Positions 19,448 to 28,929 of a stretch of 64,000 bases of DNA are shown here, one piece after another. The translations under genes were made by a program, and so were the position numbers. The notes under the pieces are model-generated. The model had not been told where the DNA came from, did not search any database, and saw only the letters and a list, made by a program, of their open reading frames with translations. The stretch covers positions 28,892 to 92,891 of the forward strand of contig PLSR01000003.1 in the NCBI GenBank assembly GCA_003164215.1, written 5' to 3'. The first letter of the stretch is position 1. Every line of letters starts with the position of its first letter. The stretch is from Candidatus Kaiserbacteria bacterium (GTDB lineage: Bacteria > Patescibacteriota > Minisyncoccia > Phycocordibacterales > UBA2100).

Positions 19448-21367
19448 CTACTGGATGACCGCTTTAATGCGACGAACACCCGCCGCGACAGCTTCTTCTT
19501 TTTGGATCTTGAATGTGCCGGCAAGTTCGCGCGTATTGGATACGTGCGGTCCGCCGCAAAATTCTATCGAGAATGCTTGATCGTACTGAGGGTTTGACTC
19601 ACTGGCGCTCGCTGGCCCGATCGAATACACAGAGACCATATCGGGATATTTCGCACCGAATTCATGTTCGGCGCCAAGCTTCTCAGCATCTTCCCTTGGA
19701 AGCGTGCTGCGGACGACGGGTAATGCCGCCTTGATCTCGTCGTTGACGATCTTCTCTACTTCAGCGATCTGATCCGGAGTCATTTTCACTGTGTGCGAGA
19801 AGTCGATGCGCAAACGTTCGCTCGTGATATTGCTTCCGCGTTGCTTGACGTGATCGCCGAGAACTATTTGCAACGCCTTCAGCAACAAGTGGTGCGCGGT
19901 ATGCAGACGCGTCGTCGCTTCGGAATGATCGGCCAGTCCCCCTTTGAATTTTTGTTCACTGCCCGCGCGGGAAAGCTCCTGATGACGCTTCATATGTTCT
20001 CGAAAACTTGCCTCGTCGACTCTGATGCCGCGCTCTTGCGCGATCTCCATCGTCATCTCGAATGGAAAACCGTATGTAGTGAATAGCATGAACGCCTGCT
20101 CACCGGAAATGGTCTTAGCATCTTGCGTAATTTTTTCGAATTCTTTCATTCCGGTCACGAGCGCATGACCGAATTGCTTCTCCTCTTTCCAAATTTCCGA
20201 AGTGATCGTCTCATACATCTCTTCTGCTGCCAGCTCGGGATACGCCTCTTTATATTTTTCAATAATGATCACGGCGCAGCGATTGAGCATGCTCTCCTCC
20301 TTCTGGTCGTTCTCCACGCCAAGTTTCTGCGCATGCTGTGCCGCACGGCGCAAAAGGCGACGCAAGACGTAGCCACGATCGGTATTGCTTGGTCGCACGC
20401 CATCGGCAAGCATGAATACAGAGGCGCGCATATGATCGGCGACGATCCGATAGGATCTTATCCACGCCACATCATCGTATGATCTGCCCGAGAAGTGGAC
20501 CAAGAGATCAATAACATCTTTGAATGCGTCGATCTGAAAAACGTCCGCATTATCATTGCTCGCCGCCGTAATACGTTCCAATCCCCCGCCGAAATCAACG
20601 TTTTGCTTCGGGAGGAGTCCGAAGGAGCCATCCTCTTTTTTAAGGTATTGCATGAAGACCGAATTACCGATCTCCATGAATCGCCCGCAATCACAATTCG
20701 GATGACAATTTGGCCCATAGGCCTCATCATGCGGCAGTCCAAAGTCATAAAAGACCTCACTATCGGGGCCGCCCGGCTCACCCGCCGGCATTTTGTCCGG
20801 CGTGCCGGCACGGCTCCACCAATTTTTCTTCGCTTCGTAATAGAAAATGCGTCCGCCTTGCATGCCTTTCTCATAGCCGTCAGCCTCGGAACCGATCTCA
20901 ACGGTCTTTGCTTCGATCCCTTTGCCAGCGAATAACTCCTTCCAGATGTCGGTCGCCTCAGTATCGCGCGGCAAAATATTTTTTTCATCGCCCATGAATG
21001 CCGTCACATAGAGCATGTTCGGGTCGATACCGATCTCATCCGTCAAAAACTCGAAGAACCATTTCAGCTGCTCCTTCTTGAAATAATCGCCCAGTGACCA
21101 GTTACCGAGCATCTCGAAGAACGTTGTATGACGGTTGTCACCAACTTCTTCGATGTCTTCCGCGCGAAAGCTCTTTTGACTGTCGACGAGACGGCTCCCC
21201 TTCGGATGTGCTTCTCCGAGAAGATACGGCAAAAGCGGCTGCATGCCGCTGCCAGTGAAAAGCGTTGTTGGATCATTCTGTGGTACCAGGGGCGCCGACG
21301 GGATCTCTACGTGTCCGCGCGCCTTGAAATACTCAAAATATTTTGTACGAACATCGTTAACATTCAT
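19448..21367 (-). CDS. alaS: alanine--tRNA ligase (lacks C-Ala domain)
   Basis: DPTTLFTGSGMQP, HTTFFEMLGNWS, HTAHHLL, EFCGGPHV. Confidence 0.97.
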   Translation of the reverse strand: MNVNDVRTKYFEYFKARGHVEIPSAPLVPQNDPTTLFTGSGMQPLLPYLLGEAHPKGSRLVDSQKSFRAEDIEEVGDNRHTTFFEMLGNWSLGDYFKKEQLKWFFEFLTDEIGIDPNMLYVTAFMGDEKNILPRDTEATDIWKELFAGKGIEAKTVEIGSEADGYEKGMQGGRIFYYEAKKNWWSRAGTPDKMPAGEPGGPDSEVFYDFGLPHDEAYGPNCHPNCDCGRFMEIGNSVFMQYLKKEDGSFGLLPKQNVDFGGGLERITAASNDNADVFQIDAFKDVIDLLVHFSGRSYDDVAWIRSYRIVADHMRASVFMLADGVRPSNTDRGYVLRRLLRRAAQHAQKLGVENDQKEESMLNRCAVIIIEKYKEAYPELAAEEMYETITSEIWKEEKQFGHALVTGMKEFEKITQDAKTISGEQAFMLFTTYGFPFEMTMEIAQERGIRVDEASFREHMKRHQELSRAGSEQKFKGGLADHSEATTRLHTAHHLLLKALQIVLGDHVKQRGSNITSERLRIDFSHTVKMTPDQIAEVEKIVNDEIKAALPVVRSTLPREDAEKLGAEHEFGAKYPDMVSVYSIGPASASESNPQYDQAFSIEFCGGPHVSNTRELAGTFKIQKEEAVAAGVRRIKAVIQ

Positions 21368-21414
21368 GGCGCTCAGCGTATCGTATTTTGCCAATGTTGG
21401 AAAGTGAAGCCTTC

Positions 21415-22680
21415 CTATTCTTTGGGTATAGGACCCGCCGCTGATTCTGAAAGATCACCAGAGATCAAATACTTTTTCAATGCCGCATTGACTTGCCGCG
21501 CAGTGACCGTAAGAACGCGTTGCGGGAAGTCATCCAGCCACGAGGGTGTATGTCCTTCGATCGTAATATCATGCGCCGCGCGTGCGAGATCGCCTGAATT
21601 CGCGAGCGTGACGCGCGAGCGCGCCTCATACATCGTGCGATGTTTTTTCACCTCGATATCCGTAGCGCCATTATCAACGATCAAGCGAACTTCACGCATC
21701 ACGGCCGTCCTTCCGCGCTCATATAGTTGCGGTGCGAATGTCGCCCATACGCAGATATATCCATCCGCGGATGAAAATCCGGCCGGATATGCATAAACGC
21801 CGTACGTTAAGCCCTCGACTTCGCGAACGGTTTTCATCAGACGACCGGTAAAACCACTTCGATTACCGAGGATCTGTAGGCCAAGCATAAGCGCAGGATA
21901 ATCGACGTAATCTTTCGTGATCCCTGTCGCGATCCCAAGCATATAATCGATGCTTGCCTTATCTTCAATGTGAACTGCAATTGACTGGGTGGTACGACGC
22001 TCGGCAGGTGCGAACGATGGAATTTTGATATCTGCCTTCGGTAGTTTCGCGAACGATGACTCGATCACCCGAAGAAGCTCCAATCCGTTCATACTTCCCG
22101 TCGCAGAAATGACAAGAGAATTCCCATCGATCGCGCGCGCATGGAATTTTACGAGATCGGATCGCGATATCTTTGAAAGCTGAGTACGTGAATCTTCGGT
22201 TGATGTTTGATAATTCGGATGCTCTGGGTCGTATAAGAGATGTGAGAGATTGATCCCCGCTTGCGCGCGCGTGTCCTGGCCTTCAAGGGAAAGTTCCGCT
22301 GTCGTGCGCTCCTTGAGAATGGCAAGTTCGCGGGTCGGAAATGAAGGCTCACGCAACACTTCAGTTATGAGCATGAGCAAGTTTTTGAGATACGCGTCGC
22401 GAACATGTGCGCTGAAGCTCAGACGGTCGCGCTCGACGGTGAATGAAAGCGACGCTCCCATCGAATCCAATGCAATCTGAATCGCGGTCTTATTCCTTTT
22501 TTTTGTCCCTTCCAAAAGCATCGCTGCGTGCATTTGTGCCAACATGTCACTACCCGCCAGTCGCGCTCCGCCTGCAACGCTACCGACGATCGACACCATG
22601 CCGTGCGACGGGAACGAAGATATGAGCGCGGTGCCACCCGTGCGAAGCTTTAGTACTTTTATACGTTTTGCGTAGCTCAT
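21415..22680 (-). CDS. M16 family peptidase, non-catalytic subunit
   Basis: MLLEGTKKR, RLMKTVREVEGLTYG; no HxxEH. Confidence 0.85.
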   Translation of the reverse strand: MSYAKRIKVLKLRTGGTALISSFPSHGMVSIVGSVAGGARLAGSDMLAQMHAAMLLEGTKKRNKTAIQIALDSMGASLSFTVERDRLSFSAHVRDAYLKNLLMLITEVLREPSFPTRELAILKERTTAELSLEGQDTRAQAGINLSHLLYDPEHPNYQTSTEDSRTQLSKISRSDLVKFHARAIDGNSLVISATGSMNGLELLRVIESSFAKLPKADIKIPSFAPAERRTTQSIAVHIEDKASIDYMLGIATGITKDYVDYPALMLGLQILGNRSGFTGRLMKTVREVEGLTYGVYAYPAGFSSADGYICVWATFAPQLYERGRTAVMREVRLIVDNGATDIEVKKHRTMYEARSRVTLANSGDLARAAHDITIEGHTPSWLDDFPQRVLTVTARQVNAALKKYLISGDLSESAAGPIPKE

Positions 22681-23978
22681 ATCGTCGTTTTCGTTTGAGA
22701 TGATAACGTATCAAAAAGTATTCCCGCAGTTTCGTTCGAGGTTGAAAGATACTTCTTGGCGACTTTATTAACCTCGGAGACTTTCATCTTCTTCACACGG
22801 TCCTCAAATGTATACCCGAGCGTCCAGTCTCCGGCGGCGACGGATTCAGAGACGGAGCGAATCTCACTGAATATACCATCATGTTCGTCAGCGATCTGCG
22901 AGAGTATGCGCTCCCGCGCACGAGTGAGCTCAGCAGAAAGGATCCCTTTTCGTGCTACCGCCTGCAGCTCCCGCCGCATGATATCGAGCACGCGTTTCGG
23001 TTTGACATTCTTACCGACCGTCGCAGTGAATGACATCGTCCCAGGATCATAGAGCGGAAACACTGCGGTGTGGATCTCTGCGGCAAGTCCCTTGTCGACA
23101 ATGCGTTTCTGCAATCTGCTGGAGAATCCGCCGGCGAGGATTGTGGCAAGCATGAAGATCGGAACAAAGTCCGAGTCTGTCGCGCGCGGCGCTTTGTAGG
23201 CGAGCGTCGCGATAGATACGCCGGCGGGTTTGCGTATCTCACACGAATGCGGCTCCATCTGCACCGGCTCGATGATCGTCATTACAGGAATCGAATGTGG
23301 TGAGCTTGAGATCGAGCCAAAATTCTTTATAACGAGATGCTCGAGCTCGTCCGGAGAGACGTCACCGAAAACGGCCAAAGTCGCGTTATTGGGCCAGTAA
23401 AATTGATCATAAAATTCGCGTAATTTCGCGGCAGTTGATCCCTCGATATCTTCTTTGAGACCGATCGTCGGGATACGATACGGATGAGTCGTGAAGGCTG
23501 TCGACATGACCGCTTCGTCGAGGATCTCATAGGGATTATTGCGAGAACGCTCGAACTCATTTCGCACCACCGTCATTTCGGAAGCGAGATCTGCATCATT
23601 GAATAGCGATCCGCGCATGCGGTCGGCTTCCATCGCGATCGCCTCGCCAACGCGCTCCGCAGGCAATAGTTCAAAATAATTCGTGCGGTCGAGCCACGTG
23701 GTGGCATTCATCAATGCCCCCATCCATTCGAGATGATCAGTGATCGAATTCCCTTTTGCCTTACTGTAATGTTTCGAATCCTTGAAAAGCAGGTGTTCGA
23801 GAATGTGCGTCGCACCAGTGTGCCCTGTAGCTTCATTGCGGCTTCCCACATGGAAGGTCACGCAGAGCGCCGCGATTGGTAGCGTTGTATCGCGTTTATA
23901 CAGCGCGCGCAGCCCATTCGATAGAGCGTATTCGGTGATCCCGTAGGCAGTGCGGACTTTTTTGAGCGTCGCCTTCAT
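22677..23978 (-). CDS. M16 family zinc peptidase, catalytic subunit
   Basis: GATHILEHLLFK (HxxEH), NATTWLDRTNY, YWPNNA. Confidence 0.93.
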   Translation of the reverse strand: MKATLKKVRTAYGITEYALSNGLRALYKRDTTLPIAALCVTFHVGSRNEATGHTGATHILEHLLFKDSKHYSKAKGNSITDHLEWMGALMNATTWLDRTNYFELLPAERVGEAIAMEADRMRGSLFNDADLASEMTVVRNEFERSRNNPYEILDEAVMSTAFTTHPYRIPTIGLKEDIEGSTAAKLREFYDQFYWPNNATLAVFGDVSPDELEHLVIKNFGSISSSPHSIPVMTIIEPVQMEPHSCEIRKPAGVSIATLAYKAPRATDSDFVPIFMLATILAGGFSSRLQKRIVDKGLAAEIHTAVFPLYDPGTMSFTATVGKNVKPKRVLDIMRRELQAVARKGILSAELTRARERILSQIADEHDGIFSEIRSVSESVAAGDWTLGYTFEDRVKKMKVSEVNKVAKKYLSTSNETAGILFDTLSSQTKTTI

Positions 23979-24001
23979 AGCGACCAAGAATAGCCTACTT
24001 T

Positions 24002-24682
24002 TTACAGCCAGTCGATAGGCTTTTTATGGTGCGATTCGAGATACGCGTTCACGCGACTGAAATGCTTATTGCCGAAAAATCCATAATGAGCGGAGAACGG
24101 CGACGGATGTGCCGACTCCAGTACGAGATGTTTCGTTCGATCGATGTGCTCGCCTTTTGCTTTCGCGTAATTGCCCCACAACATGAAGACGAGATTTTCG
24201 CGCTCATCGGAAAGCACTTTGATCGCCGCATCGGTGAATTGTTCCCATCCCTTACCTTGATGTGATCCGGCATGGTGTGCATCGACGGTCAGCGTTGCGT
24301 TCAGTAAAAGAACTCCTTGCTTCGCCCATCGTTCCAAGTCACCCGTACGATGGATCATCGGTCGAGAAAGATCGCTCTCGATCTCTTTAAATATATTTTG
24401 AAGGGAAGGCGGGAGATTGATGCCATCGCCCACTGCAAAGCACAGACCGTTGGCCTGCTTCGGTCCGTGATACGGATCCTGACCGAGAATGACCACTTCG
24501 ACATCATCGAAGGGGCAGAGATCGAAGGCACGAAAAATGTTCTTCGGCGACGGATATACGATCGCATTTTGATACCGTTCACGAACGAACGAGGTCAGTT
24601 CTTGAAAATACGGCTGTTTGAATTCTCCGTGCAAATGCGCTAGCCACGACGGATCGATCTTAACCTCTTTGGTGTCGCCCAT
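24002..24682 (-). CDS. ung: uracil-DNA glycosylase
   Basis: GQDPYH, PPSLQNIFKE, GVLLLN, HPSPFS. Confidence 0.97.
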   Translation of the reverse strand: MGDTKEVKIDPSWLAHLHGEFKQPYFQELTSFVRERYQNAIVYPSPKNIFRAFDLCPFDDVEVVILGQDPYHGPKQANGLCFAVGDGINLPPSLQNIFKEIESDLSRPMIHRTGDLERWAKQGVLLLNATLTVDAHHAGSHQGKGWEQFTDAAIKVLSDERENLVFMLWGNYAKAKGEHIDRTKHLVLESAHPSPFSAHYGFFGNKHFSRVNAYLESHHKKPIDWL

Positions 24683-24692
24683 GCAGCGCATC

Positions 24693-24947
24693 TTACAACG
24701 CGCCTTCTGCCTTGAGAATCGCCTTCTTACGAAGCGCACCTCCGCGATTGTAGCTGCCGAACGAGCCATCACTTTTGATGACACGGTGGCACGGTATATC
24801 CGGATCGAAATTCGTTCGCATAATTGCCCCGACCGCGCGAGCGGCTTTCTCATTGCCGGCTTTTTTTGCAACTTCCTTATACGTCATTGTCTTCCCTTTC
24901 GGAATTTTCCTGACGACATCTCTGACCTTGTCTGCGAAGGTTTTCAT
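24693..24947 (-). CDS. single-domain MGMT-family O6-alkylguanine DNA alkyltransferase
   Basis: IPKGKTMTYKEVA, ARAVG, IPCHRVI with active-site Cys. Confidence 0.92.
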   Translation of the reverse strand: MKTFADKVRDVVRKIPKGKTMTYKEVAKKAGNEKAARAVGAIMRTNFDPDIPCHRVIKSDGSFGSYNRGGALRKKAILKAEGAL

Positions 24948-25744
24948 ATCGCGAGTGTACCATTCGTCCCTATTTTAGCCTTGGCAGCCTGCGCTTGGAG
25001 CGCCTTCCCTGCTGCTTCGCGATAGTGGCAGTAGTCGCAGTCCTCGCCAGCTGGAGGGATTTGTTCCGAATCAAGGCACGCCTTCAATTCGACAAGAGCA
25101 CCGTCGATCCAGTCGGTCGAACCTTTGTACGGCACGAGCGTCAATTCAAAATCGAGACGTCCATCGAATGCGTCACGATCTTTTGTCGCATTCGCGTAGA
25201 ACCAGTACCCGGTATCAGAGACCATGAATCCATTCTGACGCAAGAGCCATTGATAGATTTCGATCTGACGCTTGTACCCGCGGTGCCACTCTTCATCGAG
25301 GCTTTCGATCTTCCCATCTTTGCTTGTCGCCTTGTAATCGATCACGATCAGTTCGCCGTCTTTGTTTACCCAAATATCGTCGACACCGCCACGTACCGTG
25401 AGGCCGGTCGCTTTGTGAACGAATTTAACGCCTTGATTCAACGCGTTGCGCCACTCATCCATTCGCTCGTGCGCGAACGGTATGGCGTCGAGACCGTATG
25501 CCTTCGCGAGCGGATGCTGCGTACCGTTCGCGCGGTGCGTGTCGAGCTCTTTCTTTAAGAGCGCATCGACCGCCGAGTTAAGATTGAATGGATAGCCGGG
25601 CGGACGGGCGGTGCCGAGTTTGTTGTCGATATAAAAACAGCGCTGGCACTCCATGAAAAGATCGATCTTCGAACGCGAGAGCGTCCACTTTGATCCCCCG
25701 TAGCACCAGTCGGGATTGCGCTTGGGCTTATAGAAATCGCTCAT
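24944..25744 (-). CDS. PD-(D/E)XK nuclease (RecB/Cas4-like)
   Basis: LSRSKIDLFMECQRCF, GGVDD, IDYKAT, QIEIY, CDYC. Confidence 0.85.
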   Translation of the reverse strand: MSDFYKPKRNPDWCYGGSKWTLSRSKIDLFMECQRCFYIDNKLGTARPPGYPFNLNSAVDALLKKELDTHRANGTQHPLAKAYGLDAIPFAHERMDEWRNALNQGVKFVHKATGLTVRGGVDDIWVNKDGELIVIDYKATSKDGKIESLDEEWHRGYKRQIEIYQWLLRQNGFMVSDTGYWFYANATKDRDAFDGRLDFELTLVPYKGSTDWIDGALVELKACLDSEQIPPAGEDCDYCHYREAAGKALQAQAAKAKIGTNGTLAI

Positions 25745-25757
25745 ACGGCCCAGTATA

Positions 25758-26588
25758 TCAGATACCGCTCAAGAGCTTCGCTTCTTCGATCACTTTTGGA
25801 ATCCGATCGGGCTTCACACCGTATTCCTGAAGGATATGCGGCGCTTGGATCTGCTTACAGAGAACGATCTTCTGATCAAGGAGACGGCGTTTCTCACCAT
25901 CCGTCAGGGTCGTGAGACACGTGAGCGGGTGTACGCCGGCCTCTTCAATGAGATTTAAAAGGCCGCGTGTGCGCGGATAATCCCAACCGATGATGCGAAG
26001 GTTGGAACATTGCGCATAGCGGATCGCATTGCGAGTGAATCGCGTATTGGTGATGAGGCAGCCTTCATCGACCCGAGAGCTCGCTTCCGGCGCTTGTCGC
26101 AGATCGTCATAGCGAGCCTTCACATAGAGCGCGTCTTTGATGTCGGTCTTTCCACCGGGATCGTTATGAAATTTCGCCTCAATGCCGACACGATTCCCAT
26201 CTTTTTCCATGAGAACGTCGATCTCGTGCGTCACGCAGCGCCCCATCAAGGTGACATCGGTTCGTACGCTCCAACCATGCCCGCGAAATACTTCAGCGAG
26301 AAAACGTTCGAACGGAAATCCGGAGGGGCCAAGCGCGAAGACCGCGCGCTTCATCGAATAGCGAGCGGCGACCGGCGGCTTTTCTTCTTGCTTGAGTATA
26401 TCGAACGCGTGTCGATAAATTTCTTCCGTCATTATGCCGGGATGCAGGTCGTGCAGTACGCGCGCGACCACCTTCGCGCGCATCGTTGACGTCGCACCCG
26501 CGTGAGCGAGCGAGTGCTCTAATTTCGCCGGGTCGAAGAGCTCAAGCTGGCCGTCGGCTTTGGTGATCGAGATCTGATCCATGAGCAT
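25758..26588 (-). CDS. ATP-cone plus Mrr-like restriction endonuclease domain protein
   Basis: ITKADGQLELFDPAKL (ATP cone), GFPFERF, HEIDV...IEAKFH, LITNTRFT. Confidence 0.8.
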   Translation of the reverse strand: MLMDQISITKADGQLELFDPAKLEHSLAHAGATSTMRAKVVARVLHDLHPGIMTEEIYRHAFDILKQEEKPPVAARYSMKRAVFALGPSGFPFERFLAEVFRGHGWSVRTDVTLMGRCVTHEIDVLMEKDGNRVGIEAKFHNDPGGKTDIKDALYVKARYDDLRQAPEASSRVDEGCLITNTRFTRNAIRYAQCSNLRIIGWDYPRTRGLLNLIEEAGVHPLTCLTTLTDGEKRRLLDQKIVLCKQIQAPHILQEYGVKPDRIPKVIEEAKLLSGI

Positions 26589-26661
26589 TCATTGTAACGT
26601 GCCGATGAAGCGTTCGTACCTTGCTATGCACATATTTGTGAAACACGGGATTCTTGATCCG

Positions 26662-27726
26662 TTATTTTTTTGATTCATCGATCACTCCGCCTCCGAGACA
26701 CAAGTCGCCATCATAAAGCACGAGTGATTGACCGGGCGACGCGATATGCGGCGTGTTGAATACACATCGGATCCCACCGTCGGCCTCGGAGATCTCTGCT
26801 CCGACCGGCATTTCGTGATACCGAGTTTGCACTTCGCAACGGTGTGGAAGCGTCGGAGTCACTCCGATCCAATGCATATCCGATATCTCCGCTGATCTTC
26901 GCGCCGCGTCTTGGCGGTTCATCGACACGGTCAGTGTGTTGGCATCGGTATCGACGTCAACGATGAAATGTGCGGCACCAGACGAGCTATCTGTGATAGT
27001 GAACCCGTGCCGCTGCCCGATCGTATACAGTGCCGCCCCGTCATGCCCCCCAATGGTCTTTCCGTTCACATCGAGTACATTTCCGGGATCGACCGTAATG
27101 TATCTGCGCAGAAAATCCCGCATCGAAACATCGCCGACAAAACATAATCCCTGACTATCGGGTTTCTCGCTGACCGGTAATCCAAAACGACGCGCCTCGT
27201 TGCGCACAGCGGGTTTTTTTATACCACCGATCGGGAACATGATCTTCGTCAGATCTTCCGAAGACGCACGGTACAAAAAATATGACTGGTCTTTCGCAGG
27301 ATCAATTCCACGCAGGAGATCGGTGCGCGACCCATCCTTGCGAGATGCTTGTGTGCGGGCATAGTGTCCTGTCGCGATTGCATCTGCACCCTCCGCGAGC
27401 GCCCACCTCAGGAACGAGCCGAACTTAATGCGTTCGTTGCAAAGGACGTCTGGATTCGGGGTGATACCGCGACGGTAGTCGGCGATCATGGAATCGATCA
27501 CCTGCCGCTTATATTCCTCTGAAAGATCGACCTCGCGAAATGGAATTGAAAGAGCGGCGCAAACACGCATCGCGTCGAGGCGATCTTCGCGCCATGTGCA
27601 TTCAATGAACTCCGGCTGCCAGATCCTGATGAAAACACCGGTCACATCATATCCCTGCTCTTTTAACAATGCTGCAGACGTCCCTGAATCCACGCCACCC
27701 GAAAGCCCAACAAAAACCTTTTGCAT
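26662..27726 (-). CDS. mnmA: tRNA-specific 2-thiouridylase
   Basis: SGGVDS, TPNPDVLCN, ATGHYA, KDQSYFL, DSQGLCF. Confidence 0.97.
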   Translation of the reverse strand: MQKVFVGLSGGVDSGTSAALLKEQGYDVTGVFIRIWQPEFIECTWREDRLDAMRVCAALSIPFREVDLSEEYKRQVIDSMIADYRRGITPNPDVLCNERIKFGSFLRWALAEGADAIATGHYARTQASRKDGSRTDLLRGIDPAKDQSYFLYRASSEDLTKIMFPIGGIKKPAVRNEARRFGLPVSEKPDSQGLCFVGDVSMRDFLRRYITVDPGNVLDVNGKTIGGHDGAALYTIGQRHGFTITDSSSGAAHFIVDVDTDANTLTVSMNRQDAARRSAEISDMHWIGVTPTLPHRCEVQTRYHEMPVGAEISEADGGIRCVFNTPHIASPGQSLVLYDGDLCLGGGVIDESKK

Positions 27727-27745
27727 GTTGCCACAATACAACAAG

Positions 27746-27870
27746 GAGCTGTGGCATGCACTGTTTTGGAGCATCGCCTAACGAGTCAGAAATTCAGTAG
27801 CTAGTCCGTCGCAAGACAAAAGATCTCACGCCGCTCAATCGTCGCTCCAAAACAGTGCATGCCACAGCTC
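27746..27870. mobile_element. MITE-like element with perfect 27-bp terminal inverted repeats
   Basis: GAGCTGTGGCATGCACTGTTTTGGAGC (27746-27772) and its exact reverse complement (27844-27870), 71-bp non-coding interior. Confidence 0.65.
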
Positions 27871-27879
27871 TACACCACG

Positions 27880-28923
27880 TCACTTCCCCAAATATTCCCG
27901 TTCATTCGCCTGCTGACATGCATATGTCGCACAGTAGTGCGTGACGCCACTGCTGTCGGCAAGATAATACAAATAGTTACTTTTGATCGGCGTTACGGTG
28001 GCGAGCAATGAGTTAAGCGAGGGGCTTCCGATCGGGCCGGGCGGCAAACCCTTGTGCGTATAGGTGTTATACGAGGACTGACTTTTGAGATCGGTCATCG
28101 TGAGCTGTGAGTCCGCCTTCGGAAGCGTGTATTGCAACGTCACATCGGTCTGAAGCGGCATGCCTCGTGCGATGCGGTTCCACAGAACGCCCGCGATCAT
28201 CTGTCGGTCCTGCATATTATTAGCCTCACGTTCCGTGATCGACGCCATGATGACATCATCGGAGAGCGGTCTTCCAAAAGCTTCGATCTGAGATTGGATC
28301 GTTGCAACGTGCAGGTCAAAATCCTGACGCATTGATTCAATGACCGTGTTCTCATTCGCATTGGGTAGAAAATAGTAGGTGTCAGGGAACAAATATCCTT
28401 CGAGCGGAGTCGCTTGAGCGAGGAAATTTTGGGCGTTGAAATCCTGCAATTCGATCGAAAAGATCGTCGCCATTTGTCGCACCGTCTCCCCCTCACTGAT
28501 CCTGATCTTGAGGGGTTCAAGACCGAACGCGCCAATACCTATCGTGCGCGCAACATGAAATACATCGAGCGGTTCCGTAAAAATATAATCCCCCGCATGT
28601 AGATCGCGTTCATGCCCGAGAAGTGTCGCCATAACGCGGAACGTAAAGGCGGATCGGACGACCCCGTCTTGTTGGAGGATCTCGCTGACTGCTCTGCCGG
28701 ATTGCCCTGCCGGTATAGTAATGATCTTTTGCAGCGGAAAATTATCCGGTGGGCGGACCAAATAAAGATATGCATAGATCGAGAGCAGTCCGAGGATCAA
28801 TATGATCAGAACGGTGCGCCGGTTGGCGTTCTCGCGCCAACGGCCTGATAATGAGCGTTCAAGCCCGTCAAGATACGCAAGGATCTGCGTGACAAAGTTG
28901 TCCGATGATGGATCCATAGACAT
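27880..28923 (-). CDS. mltG: endolytic transglycosylase MltG
   Basis: LEGYLFPDTY, ASITERE, PLQTD, YNTYTHKGLPPGPI. Confidence 0.93.
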   Translation of the reverse strand: MSMDPSSDNFVTQILAYLDGLERSLSGRWRENANRRTVLIILILGLLSIYAYLYLVRPPDNFPLQKIITIPAGQSGRAVSEILQQDGVVRSAFTFRVMATLLGHERDLHAGDYIFTEPLDVFHVARTIGIGAFGLEPLKIRISEGETVRQMATIFSIELQDFNAQNFLAQATPLEGYLFPDTYYFLPNANENTVIESMRQDFDLHVATIQSQIEAFGRPLSDDVIMASITEREANNMQDRQMIAGVLWNRIARGMPLQTDVTLQYTLPKADSQLTMTDLKSQSSYNTYTHKGLPPGPIGSPSLNSLLATVTPIKSNYLYYLADSSGVTHYCATYACQQANEREYLGK

Positions 28924-28929
28924 ATCGAA

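Noticed and set aside
24944-25744. Cas4-like nuclease as part of a CRISPR-Cas system
   Set aside because: No cas1/cas2 or array nearby; stand-alone PD-(D/E)XK proteins are common.
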